Shown: positions 29,329-44,275, counted from the first letter of the stretch. The stretch is 64,000 bases of DNA from Candidatus Omnitrophota bacterium (GCA_028699255.1 JAQVUX010000001.1:228733-292732), one strand, 5' to 3'. The notes: a model not told the origin generated them from the letters alone. Program-made: numbers and translations.

Positions 29329-30532
29329 TTTCTCTACTCTATCACTTCGGTTACAACCCCGGCGCCTACTGTGTGGCCGCCTTCGCGTATGGCGAAGCGC
29401 AGTTCCTTTTCCATGGCTATCGGGGTTATGAGCACTACTTCGAACTGGACGTTGTCGCCGGGCATTACCATCTCAACATCTTTCGGGAGGGTAACTACGC
29501 CGGTAACGTCGGTAGTTCTGAAGTAGAACTGCGGTCTGTATCCATTAAAGAACGGCGTATGACGGCCGCCTTCTTCTTTACTTAATATATACACTTCTGC
29601 TTTGAACTTCGTGTGAGGCGTGATCGAACCGGGCTTGGCGAGTACCTGGCCGCGCTCAAGATCGGTCTTTTCAATGCCCCTTAAGAGAACGCCTATGTTG
29701 TCGCCGGCCTGTCCTGAATCGAGGAGCTTTCTGAACATCTCGACGCCTGTTACAACGCTCTTCTTGGTCGGCTTTATACCTACTATCTCTATCTCCTCGC
29801 CTACCTTTATGATACCGCGTTCGACCCTGCCTGTTCCTACTGTGCCGCGGCCTGTGATGGAGAATACGTCTTCTATGGGCATAAGGAACGGCTTATCGAT
29901 GTCGCGTTTAGGTTCGGGGATGAATGTATCGCACGCTTCCATAAGATCCATGATAGGCTTTACCGCATCCGCGTTATCGGCCTGGGTCATAGCCTTAAGG
30001 GCGCTTCCTCTTATTACAGGGGTCTTGTCCCCGGGGAAGTTATACTTGGTCAGAAGCTCTCTTACTTCGAGTTCGACTAAGTCTACGAGTTCTTTGTCTT
30101 CTACTAAGTCTACTTTATTGAGAAATACCACTATTGAAGGAACGTTGACCTGACGGGCCAAGAGGATGTGCTCTCTTGTCTGAGGCATCGGGCCGTCTAC
30201 AGCGGATACTACGAGGATAGCTCCGTCCATCTGGGCGGCGCCTGTGATCATGTTCTTAATGTAGTCGGCGTGGCCCGGGCAGTCGATGTGCGCGTAATGG
30301 CGCTTCTCTGTTTCGTATTCGACGTGCGCGACCGCTATCGTTACGGTCTTGGTTTCGTCACGGACGGTACCGCCTTTGGCGATATCGGCGTAGCTTTTAA
30401 CCGTGGCCTTGCCCTTCTTCGCGAGAGTAGCAAGTATAGCCGCCGTAAGAGTAGTCTTGCCGTGGTCGATGTGGCCGATGGTGCCTATATTGACGTGCGG
30501 CTTGCTCCTTACAAAATTTTCCTTTGCCATAA
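29320..30532. repeat. tuf repeat copy 1: 1213-bp segment nucleotide-identical to 44558..45770
   Basis: Sampled lines across both copies are identical base for base. Divergence begins 2 nt upstream of ATG and immediately after the stop. Confidence 0.8.
29334..30530 (-). CDS. tuf: Elongation factor Tu (copy in the str operon)
   Basis: [26 protein letters not shown]. 398 aa. Confidence 0.95.
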   Translation of the reverse strand: MAKENFVRSKPHVNIGTIGHIDHGKTTLTAAILATLAKKGKATVKSYADIAKGGTVRDETKTVTIAVAHVEYETEKRHYAHIDCPGHADYIKNMITGAAQMDGAILVVSAVDGPMPQTREHILLARQVNVPSIVVFLNKVDLVEDKELVDLVELEVRELLTKYNFPGDKTPVIRGSALKAMTQADNADAVKPIMDLMEACDTFIPEPKRDIDKPFLMPIEDVFSITGRGTVGTGRVERGIIKVGEEIEIVGIKPTKKSVVTGVEMFRKLLDSGQAGDNIGVLLRGIEKTDLERGQVLAKPGSITPHTKFKAEVYILSKEEGGRHTPFFNGYRPQFYFRTTDVTGVVTLPKDVEMVMPGDNVQFEVVLITPIAMEKELRFAIREGGHTVGAGVVTEVIE

Positions 30533-30549
30533 TAAATCCTCCGTTTATA

Positions 30550-32649
30550 CTATCTGGTTTTTCTGATGCTTTGCCTACCGCTCAACTCAACTACTTTTTC
30601 CGATATATTTTTCGGGACTTCCTGATAAAAGGAAGGCTCCATAGTATACGAAGCGCGGCCTTGTGTCAAGCTTCTCAATGTAGTGGCGTAACCGAACATT
30701 TCGCTTAAAGGCGCAAAACCTTTTATGACTTTGAGCCCCGGCCTGTCGTTTATAGCTTCGATCTTCACTCGGCGCGAACTAAGATCGCCGATAACCTCGC
30801 CCATGTAATTCTCCGGCGTCGTTACTTCGAGATTCATTATAGGTTCGAGCAATACCGAGCCGCCGTTTTTAAGCGCATCGTTCAACGCGATCGACGCCGC
30901 CATCTGGAACGCTATATCCGACGAGTCAACTTCATGGAACGAACCGTCGATCAACTTCACGTCAATGTCGGTCACAGGATATCCTGCGAGAAAACCATTC
31001 CGGGAAGAATCCATGACACCCTCTTTTACGGATGGTATATATTCTCGAGGAATCGAGCCGCCTATTATCTTCGACTCAAAAAGCACGCCCGATCCTTTAG
31101 CCGCCGGCGCAACATCCATTACAACGTGACCGTACTGACCCCTGCCGCCCGACTGCTGAATAAATTTACCGACAGCCCTGGTTTGGCGCGTTATCGTTTC
31201 TTTGTAGGCAACCTGCGGCTTGTCAACATTCGCCGCGACATTGAATTCCCTGAACATCCTGTCTACGATGATCTCGAGATGGAGCTCACCCATACCGCTT
31301 ATAATAGTCTGTCCGGTTTCTTTGTTGTAATTGATTTTGAAAGTCGGATCTTCTTCGGCAAGTTTATGCATCGCGTTACCAAGCCGCTCCTGATCCGCTT
31401 TTGTTTTGGGCTCAATGGCCATGGATATAACCGGTTCGGGGAAATGCATCGTCTCAAGAACTATAGGCGCCGCCTCATCACAAATCGTATCGCCTGTAAC
31501 GGTATCTTTTAATCCTACGAGCGCCACGATATCTCCTGCCAGTGCTTTTTCCACTATCTCCTGTTTATTTGCATGCATTCGCAATATCTTGCCTATGCGC
31601 TCTTCTTTATTTTTATTTGAATTCATAATATGGTCGCCGGCTTTCAGCTGACCGGAATAAACCCTCATATACGCCAACTTCCCAACGAACGGATCCGTCT
31701 TAATCTTGAAAACTAATCCGCAAAACTTCTCGGTATCGGACGCTTCGCGTACAATATCCTCATTGGTATCAGGATTTACACCGTCTACCGGAGGTATATC
31801 GAGCGGGGATGGCAGATAATCCGTTATGGCGTCGAGAAGCGGTTGTATGCCTTTGTTCTTCGCTGAAGCCCCGCACAGAACCGGTATAATCAAACCGGCA
31901 ATAGTGGCCCGCCTCACGGCATCGCGGATCTCATTAGGATATATACCCTTTTCATGTATATACCTATCCATAACAACCTCATCCACCTCGCCAAGTTTCT
32001 CTATGAGATCGTGCCGATACTGGCTGGCGAGCTTTTTAAGCTCCTCGGGTATTTCCGTAATCTCAAAACCTGAATCCTTCTCGCTTCCTTTATATATAAG
32101 AGCCTTCATTTCAATAAGGTCTACCAACCCCTGATAATTACCTTCTGCTCCTATCGGTATCTGTACCGGAATAGGGTTAGCGGCTAATCTTTCGCGCATA
32201 TCGTCGAGGACTTTGAAAAAGTTTGCGCCGGTTCTGTCCATCTTATTTATGAACGCGATACGCGGAACATGGTACTTGTCTGCCTGACGCCACACGGTCT
32301 CCGACTGCGGTTGAACCCCGCCGACCGCACACAATACTATAACGGCGCCATCTAGAACTTTTAGTGAGCGCTCTACCTCTACCGTAAAGTCAACGTGGCC
32401 GGGCGTATCGATAATATTTATATCTTTGTCTTTCCACTTACAGGCCGTGGCCGCACTCGTAATTGTAATGCCGCGCTCCTGCTCCTGGACCATCCAATCC
32501 ATAACGGCGGTACCTTCGTCAACGGTGCCAATTTTATAAAGCTTGCCCGTGAAGAAAAGTATGCGCTCGGTCGTCGTCGTCTTGCCGGCGTCTATATGCG
32601 CAATGATACCGATATTCCGTAGTTTTGCCATTCGTTCATTTATAGCCAT
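30550..32649 (-). CDS. fusA: Elongation factor G
   Basis: [14 protein letters not shown]. 699 aa. Confidence 0.95.
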   Translation of the reverse strand: MAINERMAKLRNIGIIAHIDAGKTTTTERILFFTGKLYKIGTVDEGTAVMDWMVQEQERGITITSAATACKWKDKDINIIDTPGHVDFTVEVERSLKVLDGAVIVLCAVGGVQPQSETVWRQADKYHVPRIAFINKMDRTGANFFKVLDDMRERLAANPIPVQIPIGAEGNYQGLVDLIEMKALIYKGSEKDSGFEITEIPEELKKLASQYRHDLIEKLGEVDEVVMDRYIHEKGIYPNEIRDAVRRATIAGLIIPVLCGASAKNKGIQPLLDAITDYLPSPLDIPPVDGVNPDTNEDIVREASDTEKFCGLVFKIKTDPFVGKLAYMRVYSGQLKAGDHIMNSNKNKEERIGKILRMHANKQEIVEKALAGDIVALVGLKDTVTGDTICDEAAPIVLETMHFPEPVISMAIEPKTKADQERLGNAMHKLAEEDPTFKINYNKETGQTIISGMGELHLEIIVDRMFREFNVAANVDKPQVAYKETITRQTRAVGKFIQQSGGRGQYGHVVMDVAPAAKGSGVLFESKIIGGSIPREYIPSVKEGVMDSSRNGFLAGYPVTDIDVKLIDGSFHEVDSSDIAFQMAASIALNDALKNGGSVLLEPIMNLEVTTPENYMGEVIGDLSSRRVKIEAINDRPGLKVIKGFAPLSEMFGYATTLRSLTQGRASYTMEPSFYQEVPKNISEKVVELSGRQSIRKTR

Positions 32650-32682
32650 AATAATTATATTAAAACTTTCCTCTCGTACTTT

Positions 32683-33146
32683 TTACCATCTGTAATGTGC
32701 GAACGCTTTATTGGCCTCTGCCATCTTATGAGTATCGTCACGTTTCTTTACAGCCGACCCTTCACCTTTATACGCGTCCAGTAATTCGTCCGACAGCTTT
32801 ATTTCCATCGGCTTTCCCTTCTTAGTCCTGGCAAAATTCCTGATCCATCTCATGGCTATGGAAACTCCGCGCTCCGGCCTGACCTCTATCGGCACCTGGT
32901 ACGTCGCGCCGCCTATCCTTCTCGGTTTGATCTCGAGAAGCGGCCTGGCATTATCCATGGCCTTCTGGAATACTTCCATGGCCGGCTTGCCGGTCTTCTC
33001 CGCCATAATATCAAAACACTTATATACGATGCGTTCAGCTACCGCCTTCTTGCCTTCTTTCATAACAACGTTGATAAACCTGGAAACGGTAACGTTCTTA
33101 TACTTTGGATCAGGTACTACAGTTCTTTTTAGGGCTCTACGTCTTC

Positions 33147-33150
<4 letters not shown>
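32683..33150 (-). CDS. rpsG: 30S ribosomal protein S7
   Basis: 155 aa. Positioned between S12 and fusA. Confidence 0.9.
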
Positions 33151-33536
<386 letters not shown>

Positions 33537-33539
33537 AAT

Positions 33540-36500
33540 TTATACGGCTTCCTTTTCTTTCGTTTCTTCTTTTACTTCTTCTTTTGCTGTCTCTTTCTTA
33601 GTATCATCAAAGACATGCTTTACTATTGAAATATTTCTGTGCGCACCAAATCCGGTTCCCGCCGGTATGAGGTGGCCCATTATAATATTTTCCTTAAGCC
33701 CGCGTAATCCGTCAGTCTTACCGCTCGCCGCGGCTTCCGTTAAAACCCTCGTCGTCTCCTGGAAGCTTGCCGCCGAGATAAAACTTTCCGTGTTAAGAGA
33801 TGCTTTCGTGATACCGAGAAGTATAGGCGTCGCATTAGCCGCCTTACCCTTCTTCTTCGTTACGCGCTTGTTCTCCTCCAGGAAAATGGTCTTGTCGACC
33901 TGCTGACCGAGAAGAAACGACGTATCGCCCGGATCCTCAACCTTCATCTTACGCAACATCTGTCGGACTATTACTTCGATATGTTTATCGTTTATGTTAA
34001 CACCCTGCAACCTGTATACTTCCTGCACTTCGTTAACAAGATATTCCTGAAGCTTTTTATCGCCTGATACTGCGAGTATGTCTTGAAGAACCACCGGCCC
34101 ATCAACAAGTTGCTGACCGGCCAATACTTTGTCACCTTTATAAAAATTGAGGTGCTTACCGTGCGGTATCACATACTCCTTCTTCATGCCGGTCGAGGAT
34201 TTAACTATTACCCGTTTCTGTCCTTTTTTCGACTCGCCGAACTCCACAATACCGTCGATCTCGCTTATGATCGCGGGATCTTTCGGACGCCTTGCCTCAA
34301 AAAGCTCAGCTACACGCGGCAAGCCGCCTGTGATATCTTTCGTTTTGGTGAATACGCGCGGCGTCTTCGCAAGAACATCGCCAGCCGAAACTTCCTTGCC
34401 ATCTGCCACAACTATGTGCGCACCAGCCGGTATAGGATATATAGCGGCAACCTCGCCGCCTTTACCCAATATGATTATCTGTGGATGGTAATCGCCCTTA
34501 TGCTCTACGATAACCCTGTTCTTCAGCTTGGTCGCGGGGTCAATCTCTTCCTTCATGGTAACGCCTTCTTTGATATCTTCAAATTTAACGTTACCCGAAA
34601 CGTCGGTAAGAATAGGCACCGTATACGGATCCCACTTTACGAAGATCGTCCCGACATCCACCATCTTGCCCTCATCCGCACGTATCATTGCGCCCTGGGG
34701 AATAGTGTGCCGCTCGAGCTCACGACCCTGCGGATCGTTTATGCTCAACTGCCCGTTCCTGTTAAGAACTACGAGTTCACCGTCTTTTTTGGTCGCGACT
34801 ACTTTTAAATTATGATATTTAACAGCGCCTTTATTTTTGGATTCAATATAGGACTGCTCGACGATCCTGGACGCGGTACCACCGATATGGAACGTTCTCA
34901 TCGTAAGCTGTGTTCCGGGCTCACCTATCGACTGAGCCGCGATTATGCCGACCGCTTCACCAAGTTCGACCATACGGTTGGTAGCAAGATTACGGCCGTA
35001 GCACTTGGCGCAACATCCGTGCTTAGCTTCGCAAGTCAATACGCTACGTATCCTTATCTTCTCGATGCCGGCCTCTTCTATCTGTCTGGCTTTTTCTTCC
35101 GTGATCTCGGTGCCGGCTTCAACTATGACCGTATCGGTTATAATATCTACTACGTTATCAAGCGCAACCCTGCCTACGATACGCTCGGATAACTTTACCA
35201 CAACTTCGTCACCCTCGATGATCGCGCTTATCAGAATGCCATTCAATGTATTGCAATCATCTATACTGACGATAACATCCTGCGCAACATCAACGAGCCT
35301 CCTGGTCAGATAGCCGGAATCCGCTGTCTTGAGCGCTGTGTCGGCCAATCCTTTACGAGCTCCGTGAGTCGAGATGAAATATTCGAGCACCGTCAACCCT
35401 TCGCGGAAATTCGCCGTAATAGGCGTCTCTATGATCTCGCCGGAAGGTTTTGCCATAAGACCTCTCATGCCCGCCAACTGTCTTATCTGCAACTTGGAAC
35501 CGCGCGCGCCAGAATCGGCCATCATGAATATTGGATTGAACGAATCTAATTCTTTGAATATCAGATCGGAAACGTCGTCGGTGGTGTGTGTCCAGAGGTC
35601 AATTATCTTATTATAACGCTCTCTGTCGGTTATTAAACCACGCTTGTATTGCTCTTCGACGTGTTTGACGTCCGCGGTCGTACGCTGTATATATTCTTTC
35701 TTCTCTATGGGTATCTTAAGGTCGTCGATCGATATGGAAAGACCCGCCTTCGTCGCCTCTTCGAATCCCGCGCGTTTCAACTGATCGAGAAGCTTCACAA
35801 CGCTCAAATGCCCCTTGATCTTGTAACATTTGTATATAGTCTTACCAAGCTTCGACTTACTCATCGTTTCGTTGACATATCCGATACCGGCAGGAAGCAG
35901 TTGATTGAAGAAAACCCTGCCCACAGTCGTCTCGATCAAAGTGGAGTCGATAAGAACTTTTATTTTTGCATGCAAATCAACTTCACCGTCTTCATAAGCT
36001 ATACGCACTTCCTCGGGCGAACTAAAAGATTTCCCCTCACCCTTGGCGCCGGGCTTTTCTTTGGTCATATAGTAGCAACCCAATACGATATCTTGCGTTG
36101 GACTGGTGATCGGCCTTCCGTCGGCTGGTGAGAATATGTTATTCGTGGACAGCATCAGCAGTTTGCACTCTGTCTGCGCCTCGACCGAAAGAGGCACGTG
36201 AACCGCCATCTGGTCGCCGTCGAAATCTGCGTTGAACGCGGTACATACGAGCGGATGTATTCGTATAGCATTTCCTTCTATCAATATCGGCTGGAACGCC
36301 TGGATGCCGAGTCTGTGGAGTGTCGGCGCTCTGTTCAGCATTACCGGATGGTCTTTGATAACATCATCAAGGATATCCCACACCTCGAGCTTCGCCTTCT
36401 CGACCATCTTTTTTGCGCTCTTTATCGTATGAACAAAACCTTTTTCTTTCAGCTTCTTTATTATAAAGGGCTCAAAAAGCTCCAGAGCCATTTTCTTGGG

Positions 36501-37577
36501 TAATCCGCATTCGTTTAATTTAAGCTCCGGCCCTACTACTATAACACTTCTGCCGGAATAATCGACACGCTTGCCGAGAAGGTTCTGTCTGAAACGGCCC
36601 TGCTTGCCCTTTAACATATCACTCAAAGATTTAAGCGGTCTGTTGCCGGGGCCAAGAACCGCCTTGCCGTGTCTGCCGTTATCGAATAACGCGTCGACGG
36701 CTTCTTGCAACATTCTCTTCTCGTTGCGTACAATGATCTCGGGCGCTTTCAACTCTATAAGCTTCTTTAGACGGTTGTTCCTGTTAATTACACGTCTGTA
36801 GAGGTCGTTCAGATCGCTTGTCGCGAACCTGCCGCCATCGAGCGGTACGAGCGGACGCAGATCTGGCGGTATAACCGGTAGTATATCGAGAATCATCCAC
36901 TCGGGCCTGTTGCCCGAAAGCTTCAGAGCGTCAATAAGGCGCATTATCTTGACCGACCGCTTCTGTGTGTTATCCGTCTTTGAATCTTTTATTTCGCGTT
37001 TCGTTTTAGCGGCAAGCTTATCGAGGTCTATCTCTTTTAAAAGTTCACGTATCGCTTCGCCGCCCATCTTCGCGGTAAATTTCTGGCCGAACTTATCTTT
37101 ATACTCCTTATATCTCTCTTCCGATAGAAGCTCCATCTTCTTAAGCGGCGTATCGCCCGGATCGACAACGATGTACTCTTCGTAGTAAAGCACTTTTTCA
37201 AGCTCTCTTGAAGTAAGGCCAATGAGGATGCCTATCCTCGAAGGCATAACCTTAAAAAACCATACGTGCGATACCGGACAGGCAAGTTCAATATGACCCA
37301 TGCGCTCGCGCCTTACGCTGGAACGCGTAACTTCGACGCCGCAACGGTCACAAACGATACCCTTGTGCTTTATGCGTTTGTATTTACCGCAATTGCACTC
37401 ATAATCCTTGGTCGGCCCAAATATGCGTTCGCAGAAAAGACCGTCTTTTTCGGGCTTAAGTGTCCGGTAGTTGATAGTCTCCGGCTTCTTCACTTCACCT
37501 TTAGACCATGACCTTATGATCTGCGGCGACGCTATTTTGATCGTTATCGCGTTAAATAAAACGCTGTCTTCTATCAT
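33540..37577 (-). CDS. rpoC: DNA-directed RNA polymerase subunit beta'
   Basis: 1345 aa with NADFDGD active site and zinc-binding Cys cluster. Confidence 0.95.
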   Translation of the reverse strand: MIEDSVLFNAITIKIASPQIIRSWSKGEVKKPETINYRTLKPEKDGLFCERIFGPTKDYECNCGKYKRIKHKGIVCDRCGVEVTRSSVRRERMGHIELACPVSHVWFFKVMPSRIGILIGLTSRELEKVLYYEEYIVVDPGDTPLKKMELLSEERYKEYKDKFGQKFTAKMGGEAIRELLKEIDLDKLAAKTKREIKDSKTDNTQKRSVKIMRLIDALKLSGNRPEWMILDILPVIPPDLRPLVPLDGGRFATSDLNDLYRRVINRNNRLKKLIELKAPEIIVRNEKRMLQEAVDALFDNGRHGKAVLGPGNRPLKSLSDMLKGKQGRFRQNLLGKRVDYSGRSVIVVGPELKLNECGLPKKMALELFEPFIIKKLKEKGFVHTIKSAKKMVEKAKLEVWDILDDVIKDHPVMLNRAPTLHRLGIQAFQPILIEGNAIRIHPLVCTAFNADFDGDQMAVHVPLSVEAQTECKLLMLSTNNIFSPADGRPITSPTQDIVLGCYYMTKEKPGAKGEGKSFSSPEEVRIAYEDGEVDLHAKIKVLIDSTLIETTVGRVFFNQLLPAGIGYVNETMSKSKLGKTIYKCYKIKGHLSVVKLLDQLKRAGFEEATKAGLSISIDDLKIPIEKKEYIQRTTADVKHVEEQYKRGLITDRERYNKIIDLWTHTTDDVSDLIFKELDSFNPIFMMADSGARGSKLQIRQLAGMRGLMAKPSGEIIETPITANFREGLTVLEYFISTHGARKGLADTALKTADSGYLTRRLVDVAQDVIVSIDDCNTLNGILISAIIEGDEVVVKLSERIVGRVALDNVVDIITDTVIVEAGTEITEEKARQIEEAGIEKIRIRSVLTCEAKHGCCAKCYGRNLATNRMVELGEAVGIIAAQSIGEPGTQLTMRTFHIGGTASRIVEQSYIESKNKGAVKYHNLKVVATKKDGELVVLNRNGQLSINDPQGRELERHTIPQGAMIRADEGKMVDVGTIFVKWDPYTVPILTDVSGNVKFEDIKEGVTMKEEIDPATKLKNRVIVEHKGDYHPQIIILGKGGEVAAIYPIPAGAHIVVADGKEVSAGDVLAKTPRVFTKTKDITGGLPRVAELFEARRPKDPAIISEIDGIVEFGESKKGQKRVIVKSSTGMKKEYVIPHGKHLNFYKGDKVLAGQQLVDGPVVLQDILAVSGDKKLQEYLVNEVQEVYRLQGVNINDKHIEVIVRQMLRKMKVEDPGDTSFLLGQQVDKTIFLEENKRVTKKKGKAANATPILLGITKASLNTESFISAASFQETTRVLTEAAASGKTDGLRGLKENIIMGHLIPAGTGFGAHRNISIVKHVFDDTKKETAKEEVKEETKEKEAV

Positions 37578-40500
37578 ATCTGGCTATCCTTATCCTCTAC
37601 GGGCTTTTTTTCCAGCTTTATCTCGAGACCGAGAGATTGCAATTCCTTAACCAAAACGTTGAACGATTCCGGGGTTCCTGTCTGAAGCTTGTTGTCACCT
37701 TTAACTATAGCCTCATATATCTTCGTCCTGCCAACCACGTCATCAGACTTTACCGTCAATAGCTCCTGCAGAGTATATGCCGCGCCGTAGGCTTCGAGGG
37801 CCCACACTTCCATTTCGCCGAACCTCTGTCCGCCGAACTGCGCTTTGCCGCCGAGCGGTTGCTGAGTTACTAACGAATACGGCCCGATCGAGCGAGCGTG
37901 TATCTTGTCATCGACTAAGTGCGCGAGTTTCAGCATATATATGTAGCCAACGGTTACCTTCTGATCAAACGGCTTTCCTGTAAACCCGTCGTAAACAGTC
38001 ACTTTCCCTTCAGGGGGTATCAGGGCCTTCTGCATCTCACTCTTTATTTCCGCCTCAGTTGCGCCGTCAAAAACCGGACTTGAAACTTTAAATCCCAGGA
38101 TCTTCGCGGCCCAACCCAGATGCGTCTCAAGTATCTGCCCTACGTTCATACGGCTTGGTACGCCAAGCGGATTTAAAACTATCTCCACCGGGGTGCCATC
38201 GGCCAGGAACGGCATATCCTCTTCCGGAAGTATTTTTGCCACAACTCCCTTGTTACCATGGCGTCCGGCCATCTTATCACCAACGGATATCTTCTTCTTG
38301 CTGGCAACATAAACCTTTACTTTTTTCAATACGCCGGGCGGTAGCTCATCGCCGCGTTTTACCCTGTCTATTTCACGCTCCAGTTCGAAAGTCAATTCCT
38401 CGATCTGGCTGTCGAGAAGACGCGTAACCCTGGCTATCTCCTGTTCCGCGTCGGGGTTATTAAGCTTTATGGTCTCAAGGTCGCCCTTTTCGACTATCCG
38501 CTTAAGATCTTTCACTCTGACGGTCCTACCCTGTGAGATAAGCGCACGGCCCGACTCCTGGTCGAGTATGCCGGCCGCAAGCTTCTGCCCCGTAAGCAGG
38601 TTGTGTAGCTTTTTGTATTTTTCTTCTTTAACTTTTTCTATCTGAGCGCCGAAGGTCTCTTCGAGCACTTTAATTTCTTTATTCTCGACGTTTCTTTCTT
38701 CCTTTGTCTTTGATCTGGCATCTCTTCTGGAGAATATCCGCACATCGACCACGATACCGTCGACGCCGGGTGACGCTATAAGGGATGAATCCCTGACATC
38801 TCCGGCCTTCTCGCCGAATATCGCCCTCAAAAGTTTCTCTTCAGGCGAAAGCTCGGTTTCGGATTTTGGCGTAACCTTACCCACCAGGATATCTCCAGGC
38901 TCAACCTCTGCGCCTATCCGTATTATCCCGCTTTCATCAAGATTGCGTAACGCTTCATCGCCTACGTTCGGAATATCCCTGGTGATCTCTTCATTTCCGA
39001 GCCGGGTATCACGCGCTTCGATTTCGAATTCCTCTATATGAACCGAGGTATATTTGTCCTCGGCAACTAATTTCTCGCTCAACAGTATAGCGTCTTCGAA
39101 GTTGTAGCCTCTCCACGGCATAAATGCGACCAGAACGTTCTTGCCGAGAGCAAGCTCGCCGTTATCGGTTGCCGGGCCGTCCGCTATGACATCGCCCTCT
39201 TTTACCTTGTCACCCAGCGCCACGATCGGCCTCTGATTCACGCAGGTATTAGCGTTCGATCTCTCGAATTTACTCAGTCTATAATTTTTTCCGCTTATGG
39301 TTATCTCGCTCGCGTCTACCGCGGTAACAGTGCCCGAATCCTTCGCCACTATGACAGCTCCGGAATCTTTAGCGGCGCGATACTCGATACCCGTACCGAT
39401 AAGAGGAGACTCGGTATAGAGTAATGGAACGGCCTGGCGTTGCATGTTCGAGCCCATCAATGCGCGGTTAGCGTCGTCGTGTTCGAGGAATGGTATAAGA
39501 CATGCGGCGACGCTTACAAGCTGTCTCGGAGAAACATCCATGTACTGGACATTTTTCGGTTCGGTTTGTATAAAATCGTCTTTGAACCTGCAGAAAACCT
39601 TATCCTCGACATAATGGCCTTTATCGTCTATCTTTGCGTTGGCCTGCGCGATAATATACAAGTCTTCGATATCGGCCGATAGGTAATCGATCTTATCGGT
39701 AACCCTGCCGTTTTCGACCTTGCGATACGGCGTTTCGATAAAACCGTATTTATTTATCTTGGCGTAAGTGCTAAGGGACGCGATAAGTCCTATGTTCGGA
39801 CCTTCGGGTGTTTCGATCGGACATACACGGCCGTAGTGGGAATAATGAACGTCACGCACTTCAAATCCGGCGCGTTCTCTATTGAGACCGCCAGGCCCTA
39901 AAGCGCTCATGCGCCGCTTGTGGGTTAATTCAGCAAGCGGGTTCGTCTGATCCATGAACTGCGAAAGTTGGCTTCTGCCAAAGAAATCGCGCACCACACC
40001 CGAAATGAGCTTCGAGTTCACAAGGTTATGGGGCATTACATTCGACAGGTCATATATATTCATTCTCTCCCGGCAGGAACGGTCGACCCTGGCAAGGCCT
40101 ATTCTTATTTGATTCAAAAGCAACTCACCCACACAGCGCACGCGCCTGTTACCTAAATGGTCTATATCATCGGTTGCGCCCTTCCCGCTCTTCACATCGA
40201 TCAGCTTCAAAACTACTTTTACAAGCGTCTGCGGGGTGATCAGCCTCTCCTCCAGAGAAACATTCATATCGAGCTTGCGGTTCAGCATATAGCGCCCTAC
40301 GTCGCCCAGATCATACCTCTTATTATCAAAGAAAAGCCGGGTAACTAAATTAAGCGCGGATTCCGGTGTCGGGGGATCGCCCGGCCTCAGTTTCCTATAT
40401 ATATCAAGGTATGCATCTTCTTTATTTCGCGTGTGGTCTTTTTTGAGAGTATTTATGATCTCGGGGATGACAACCTTTATAGTAGTAACCTTACGTATCG

Positions 40501-41287
40501 TCGATGCCCATATCTTATCCGCCAATTCCTTCGTTATAACGTCAAACTTGGACGCTATTAAGACGTTCGTCTCTTTCTCCGTAAGATCGCATGCGAGCGT
40601 CTCACCGATGAGCTTCTCTAACTGAGCCGACCTGGAAATTTCATTCACCTCGATACCGCCAAACGCCTTCAATATATCTTCATCGCTGGAATAACCGAAT
40701 GCCCTTAAGAATACCGTGGCCAGGAATTTTCGCTTCCTGTCTACATAAACGTAAAGGATATCGTTTATATCGAATTCGAATTCTACCCACGCGCCCCTGT
40801 AAGGGATAATACGCGCCGAGAAGATGTTCTTACCGGACGGGTGTGGCTCGGATTCGAAAGATATGCCGGGGGATCGGTGAAGCTGGCTTACAACTACGCG
40901 CTCATCGCCATTAACTATAAACGTGCCGGTATCCGTCATAAGCGGGATATCGCCTAAATAGACTTCCTGCTCCTTGGTCTCTTTTTTAGATTTCAGCCTC
41001 ATCATTATCCGCAACGCGCCCGCAAAACTCATACCACGCTTCTTACATTCAGGTATGATATATTTCGGCTTACCGATAGTATAACTCAGATAGTCGAGCT
41101 TATACTCGCCATCCGCAGTCTCTATCGGGAATACCTCTCTGAACGCGGACTCCAACCCCTCCTTCTTACGTTTGGACTTTGGAACGTCCATCTGCAAAAA
41201 ATCAAAGTACGAATCGAGTTGGATCTCGAGCATATTGGGAAGCTTATAGCACTCTTCCAGCTTTGCGTAGCTTTTTCTTTTTATCAT
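37574..41287 (-). CDS. rpoB: DNA-directed RNA polymerase subunit beta
   Basis: 1237 aa. Overlaps rpoC by 4 nt (ATGA). Confidence 0.95.
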   Translation of the reverse strand: MIKRKSYAKLEECYKLPNMLEIQLDSYFDFLQMDVPKSKRKKEGLESAFREVFPIETADGEYKLDYLSYTIGKPKYIIPECKKRGMSFAGALRIMMRLKSKKETKEQEVYLGDIPLMTDTGTFIVNGDERVVVSQLHRSPGISFESEPHPSGKNIFSARIIPYRGAWVEFEFDINDILYVYVDRKRKFLATVFLRAFGYSSDEDILKAFGGIEVNEISRSAQLEKLIGETLACDLTEKETNVLIASKFDVITKELADKIWASTIRKVTTIKVVIPEIINTLKKDHTRNKEDAYLDIYRKLRPGDPPTPESALNLVTRLFFDNKRYDLGDVGRYMLNRKLDMNVSLEERLITPQTLVKVVLKLIDVKSGKGATDDIDHLGNRRVRCVGELLLNQIRIGLARVDRSCRERMNIYDLSNVMPHNLVNSKLISGVVRDFFGRSQLSQFMDQTNPLAELTHKRRMSALGPGGLNRERAGFEVRDVHYSHYGRVCPIETPEGPNIGLIASLSTYAKINKYGFIETPYRKVENGRVTDKIDYLSADIEDLYIIAQANAKIDDKGHYVEDKVFCRFKDDFIQTEPKNVQYMDVSPRQLVSVAACLIPFLEHDDANRALMGSNMQRQAVPLLYTESPLIGTGIEYRAAKDSGAVIVAKDSGTVTAVDASEITISGKNYRLSKFERSNANTCVNQRPIVALGDKVKEGDVIADGPATDNGELALGKNVLVAFMPWRGYNFEDAILLSEKLVAEDKYTSVHIEEFEIEARDTRLGNEEITRDIPNVGDEALRNLDESGIIRIGAEVEPGDILVGKVTPKSETELSPEEKLLRAIFGEKAGDVRDSSLIASPGVDGIVVDVRIFSRRDARSKTKEERNVENKEIKVLEETFGAQIEKVKEEKYKKLHNLLTGQKLAAGILDQESGRALISQGRTVRVKDLKRIVEKGDLETIKLNNPDAEQEIARVTRLLDSQIEELTFELEREIDRVKRGDELPPGVLKKVKVYVASKKKISVGDKMAGRHGNKGVVAKILPEEDMPFLADGTPVEIVLNPLGVPSRMNVGQILETHLGWAAKILGFKVSSPVFDGATEAEIKSEMQKALIPPEGKVTVYDGFTGKPFDQKVTVGYIYMLKLAHLVDDKIHARSIGPYSLVTQQPLGGKAQFGGQRFGEMEVWALEAYGAAYTLQELLTVKSDDVVGRTKIYEAIVKGDNKLQTGTPESFNVLVKELQSLGLEIKLEKKPVEDKDSQI

Positions 41288-41308
41288 ATCTCTTTCGCGG
41301 TTAGTTGA

Positions 41309-41719
41309 TTATTTCAGCTCTATCTTCGCGCCGGCCGCCTCAAGCTGTTTCTTTATCTTGTCGGCTTCTTCCTTCGTCGCGCCTTCTTTGACCGTTTTTG
41401 GAGCGCCGTCAACTAAGTCTTTTGCCTCTTTAAGGCCAAGGCTCGTGATAGTCCTCAACTCTTTAATGACCTGGATCTTGTTGGCTCCTGCGCTTGCCAG
41501 AACTACCGTGAATACAGACTTCTCTTCGGCTGGGGCCGCCGCCGCACCTGCCGCCGCACCCGCCGCCGGGGCCGCTACGGCCGAGGCCGCAACTACGCCA
41601 AATTTATCCTCGAGAGCCTTTACCAGGTCCGCGAGCTCCATGACGGTCATCTTCTCGATGGTATCCATCACGCTTTTCATTTTTTCAGTCAGTTCTACTT
41701 TCGCTTCTTTCGTTTCCAT
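41309..41719 (-). CDS. rplL: 50S ribosomal protein L7/L12
   Basis: Ala-rich hinge and the C-terminal domain [18 protein letters not shown]. Confidence 0.9.
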   Translation of the reverse strand: METKEAKVELTEKMKSVMDTIEKMTVMELADLVKALEDKFGVVAASAVAAPAAGAAAGAAAAPAEEKSVFTVVLASAGANKIQVIKELRTITSLGLKEAKDLVDGAPKTVKEGATKEEADKIKKQLEAAGAKIELK

Positions 41720-41748
41720 TATTCCCTCTCCTTCTTTGACTTTGATTT

Positions 41749-42321
41749 TTATGCCTTCGTCTCAGGCGCCGATGCCGGGACTTGCATATTTTCTTTACTC
41801 ACTTTTATTGCGTCCACCACACAAACAAATTTTCGTAAAATACCACCCATCGTGATTACAAATCCCGTTATCGGCGACTTGATGCCTCCGACAACCTTCG
41901 CGATAAGAACAGGCCTGGGCGGCAGGGCGGCTAACGTCTTTATCTCTTCGGACGACAGGCGCCTCCCGTCAATAACGGCTCCTTTTATCTTGAACTTGTC
42001 ATTCGTCTTGGAAAAGTTTACAAGCATATTGCAGGCGGCCACTACATCTTCTCCGCACAATGATATGCCCATACCGCCTTCTATCTTAGCGATATCCTCT
42101 TCAAGTTTAAGTTTGCTGAAAATAATTTTTAATATCGAATTCTTTACGACGAAATAATTTCCATTGGACTTCTTTAAACCGCGCCGCAACTGCTCGAGTT
42201 GGCCGGTGGAAGTTCCCATGAAACTTGTTATCACAAAATTCGGATGGTTGGTGAACCGCAGAAGTAATTCCGCCAGCATCTTTTCTTTGCACATCTTGCC
42301 GAATTTTTCGAGCGTTACCAT
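41749..42321 (-). CDS. rplJ: 50S ribosomal protein L10
   Basis: 190 aa in the position between rplA and rplL. Confidence 0.85.
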   Translation of the reverse strand: MVTLEKFGKMCKEKMLAELLLRFTNHPNFVITSFMGTSTGQLEQLRRGLKKSNGNYFVVKNSILKIIFSKLKLEEDIAKIEGGMGISLCGEDVVAACNMLVNFSKTNDKFKIKGAVIDGRRLSSEEIKTLAALPPRPVLIAKVVGGIKSPITGFVITMGGILRKFVCVVDAIKVSKENMQVPASAPETKA

Positions 42322-42328
42322 ATTAGTA

Positions 42329-43042
42329 TTAGTCCTTCCTGAATTGCGCGATATCGAGTTTTATCCCGGGGCCCATCGTCGTTGAGATAAACAATGTCTT
42401 GACATGCCCTGCGGTAGGACTCCCGCCCTGAGGCGTCGTAGTCATTATCGCGTCTATCAAAGCCACAGCATTTTCGTATAATGCGCTTTCGGTAAACGAA
42501 AGTTTGCCAAGCGGGGCATGTATTCCCGCCTGCTTATCCATCTTAAATTCTATCTTCCCGGCTTTTACTTCCTTGATTGCCCTGGCTGTATCGTTAGTCA
42601 CCGTGCCGGATTTCGGATTCGGCATGAGTCCTCTTGGCCCCAAAACCTTACCAAGCTTTGCCAGGTCTCTCATCATGTCAGGCGTTGCTATAGCTACATC
42701 GAAATCGGCCCACCCACCCTGCACCTTCGCAATAAGATCTTCAGCCCCGACATAATCGGCGTCGGCCGCCTTCGCTTTCTTCTCTTCCTCACCCTTACAA
42801 AAAACCACGACTTTCACCGTCTTACCGGTACCATGAGGCAAGCTTACCGTACCGCGGATCGACGCGCTCTGGCTCTGCTTCGGATCGACATTCAATTTAA
42901 CCGCGATGTCGACTGTTTCATCAAATTTCAGTTTGGGCGCCTTTTTTAAAATAGCAATAGCCTCTTTAAGTCCATAGGTCTTGTTCTTATCGACCATCGG
43001 CTGTACTGCCTTTGCTCTCTTTGTAAGTTTTTCGGTTGCCAT
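42329..43042 (-). CDS. rplA: 50S ribosomal protein L1
   Basis: 237 aa following L11. Confidence 0.9.
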   Translation of the reverse strand: MATEKLTKRAKAVQPMVDKNKTYGLKEAIAILKKAPKLKFDETVDIAVKLNVDPKQSQSASIRGTVSLPHGTGKTVKVVVFCKGEEEKKAKAADADYVGAEDLIAKVQGGWADFDVAIATPDMMRDLAKLGKVLGPRGLMPNPKSGTVTNDTARAIKEVKAGKIEFKMDKQAGIHAPLGKLSFTESALYENAVALIDAIMTTTPQGGSPTAGHVKTLFISTTMGPGIKLDIAQFRKD

Positions 43043-43467
43043 TATTCCGTCACCTCGATACCCATGCTCCTTGCGGTACCCTTTACGATATTAACTGCTT
43101 TATCGATATCGGTAGTGTTCAAGTCTTTAAGTTTCATCTTGGCGATATCTTTTACCTGATCTATTGTTACCTTACCAACCTTTTCTTTATTGGGAACGCC
43201 GCTCGCTTTTGCTACGCCGGCGGCCTTCTTTAAAAGAATGGAGCACGGTGGTGTTTTGATAATAAAAGTAAACGTCCTGTCCTCGTAAGCCGTGATAACT
43301 ACCGGCAACGTCATGCCATCCTGCCCCTGGCTCTTTGCGTTAAATTGTTTGCAGAACTCCATTATGTTAAGACCGTGCTGACCGAGCGCAGGCCCTACCG
43401 GAGGTGCGGGGTTTGCCGCGCCGGCCGGACAATACAACTTTATAACCGCCTTTACCTTCTTTGCCAT
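43042..43467 (-). CDS. rplK: 50S ribosomal protein L11
   Basis: [32 protein letters not shown]. Confidence 0.9.
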   Translation of the reverse strand: MAKKVKAVIKLYCPAGAANPAPPVGPALGQHGLNIMEFCKQFNAKSQGQDGMTLPVVITAYEDRTFTFIIKTPPCSILLKKAAGVAKASGVPNKEKVGKVTIDQVKDIAKMKLKDLNTTDIDKAVNIVKGTARSMGIEVTE

Positions 43468-43471
43468 ATTT

Positions 43472-44002
43472 TTATACCTTCTCTACCTGCCAGGTTTCCA
43501 ATTCGACCGGCGTTGCTCTGCCGAATATCGATATCATCACCTTGATTTTGCCTTTAGCCACATTCGTATCTTCTATCGTGCCGTTGAAATTCGTAAACGG
43601 GCCATCGTTCACCCTGACTGCCTCACCCTTTTCAAAAGTAACTTTCGGAGTCGGTTTTTCTTTTGCTTCTTTGGCCTGCTTTAAAATAGCGTCAATCTCG
43701 TCTTCCCTTAAAGGAAGCGGCCGCGCGCCCGCGCCTACAAACCCTGTAACGCCGGGGATGCTTTTGATCATGTACCATGTTTCGTCGGTAAGCTCCATCT
43801 CGATGAGAATATATCCGGGGAAAAACTTGCGCTGGGATATCCTCTTCTTGCCGGCCTTTATCTCCGAAACCTGCTCGATCGGCACCAGTATCTGGCTTAT
43901 TTTTTCTTTAGCAAGGCCGGCCTTAACCTTCGCCTCCAAAATGGTCCTGACCCTGTCTTCGTATCCTGTCTGAGTATGTATTACGTACCAATGATTAGCC
44001 AT
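43472..44002 (-). CDS. nusG: Transcription termination/antitermination factor NusG
   Basis: [15 protein letters not shown] start with ATG at 44000-44002. KOW domain at the C-terminus. Confidence 0.9.
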   Translation of the reverse strand: MANHWYVIHTQTGYEDRVRTILEAKVKAGLAKEKISQILVPIEQVSEIKAGKKRISQRKFFPGYILIEMELTDETWYMIKSIPGVTGFVGAGARPLPLREDEIDAILKQAKEAKEKPTPKVTFEKGEAVRVNDGPFTNFNGTIEDTNVAKGKIKVMISIFGRATPVELETWQVEKV

Positions 44003-44016
44003 ATCGCGTCTTGTAG

Positions 44017-44208
44017 TTAGATCCTTGTCATTATTATATTGACCAGCTTGGACAGGAATAGATCGCATATACCTATAAACAACGACAAGATGGCCAGCGA
44101 TACGATAACGATAACCGTCGAACCTATAAGTTCCTGCCTGTTTGGCCAGGAAACTTTCAGCATCTCAAGCTTTATGTCGTTAAAAAACGATGCGACTTTA
44201 TTTGCCAT
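44017..44208 (-). CDS. secE: Preprotein translocase subunit SecE
   Basis: 63 aa single-transmembrane protein with the NDIKLEMLKVSWPNRQEL motif. Confidence 0.85.
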   Translation of the reverse strand: MANKVASFFNDIKLEMLKVSWPNRQELIGSTVIVIVSLAILSLFIGICDLFLSKLVNIIMTRI

Positions 44209-44275
44209 AGTTTTACCATTCGTTTAAATTTACCGGCCCTACCACAATTTTTTACAATTGACGGGCGAAATAAAT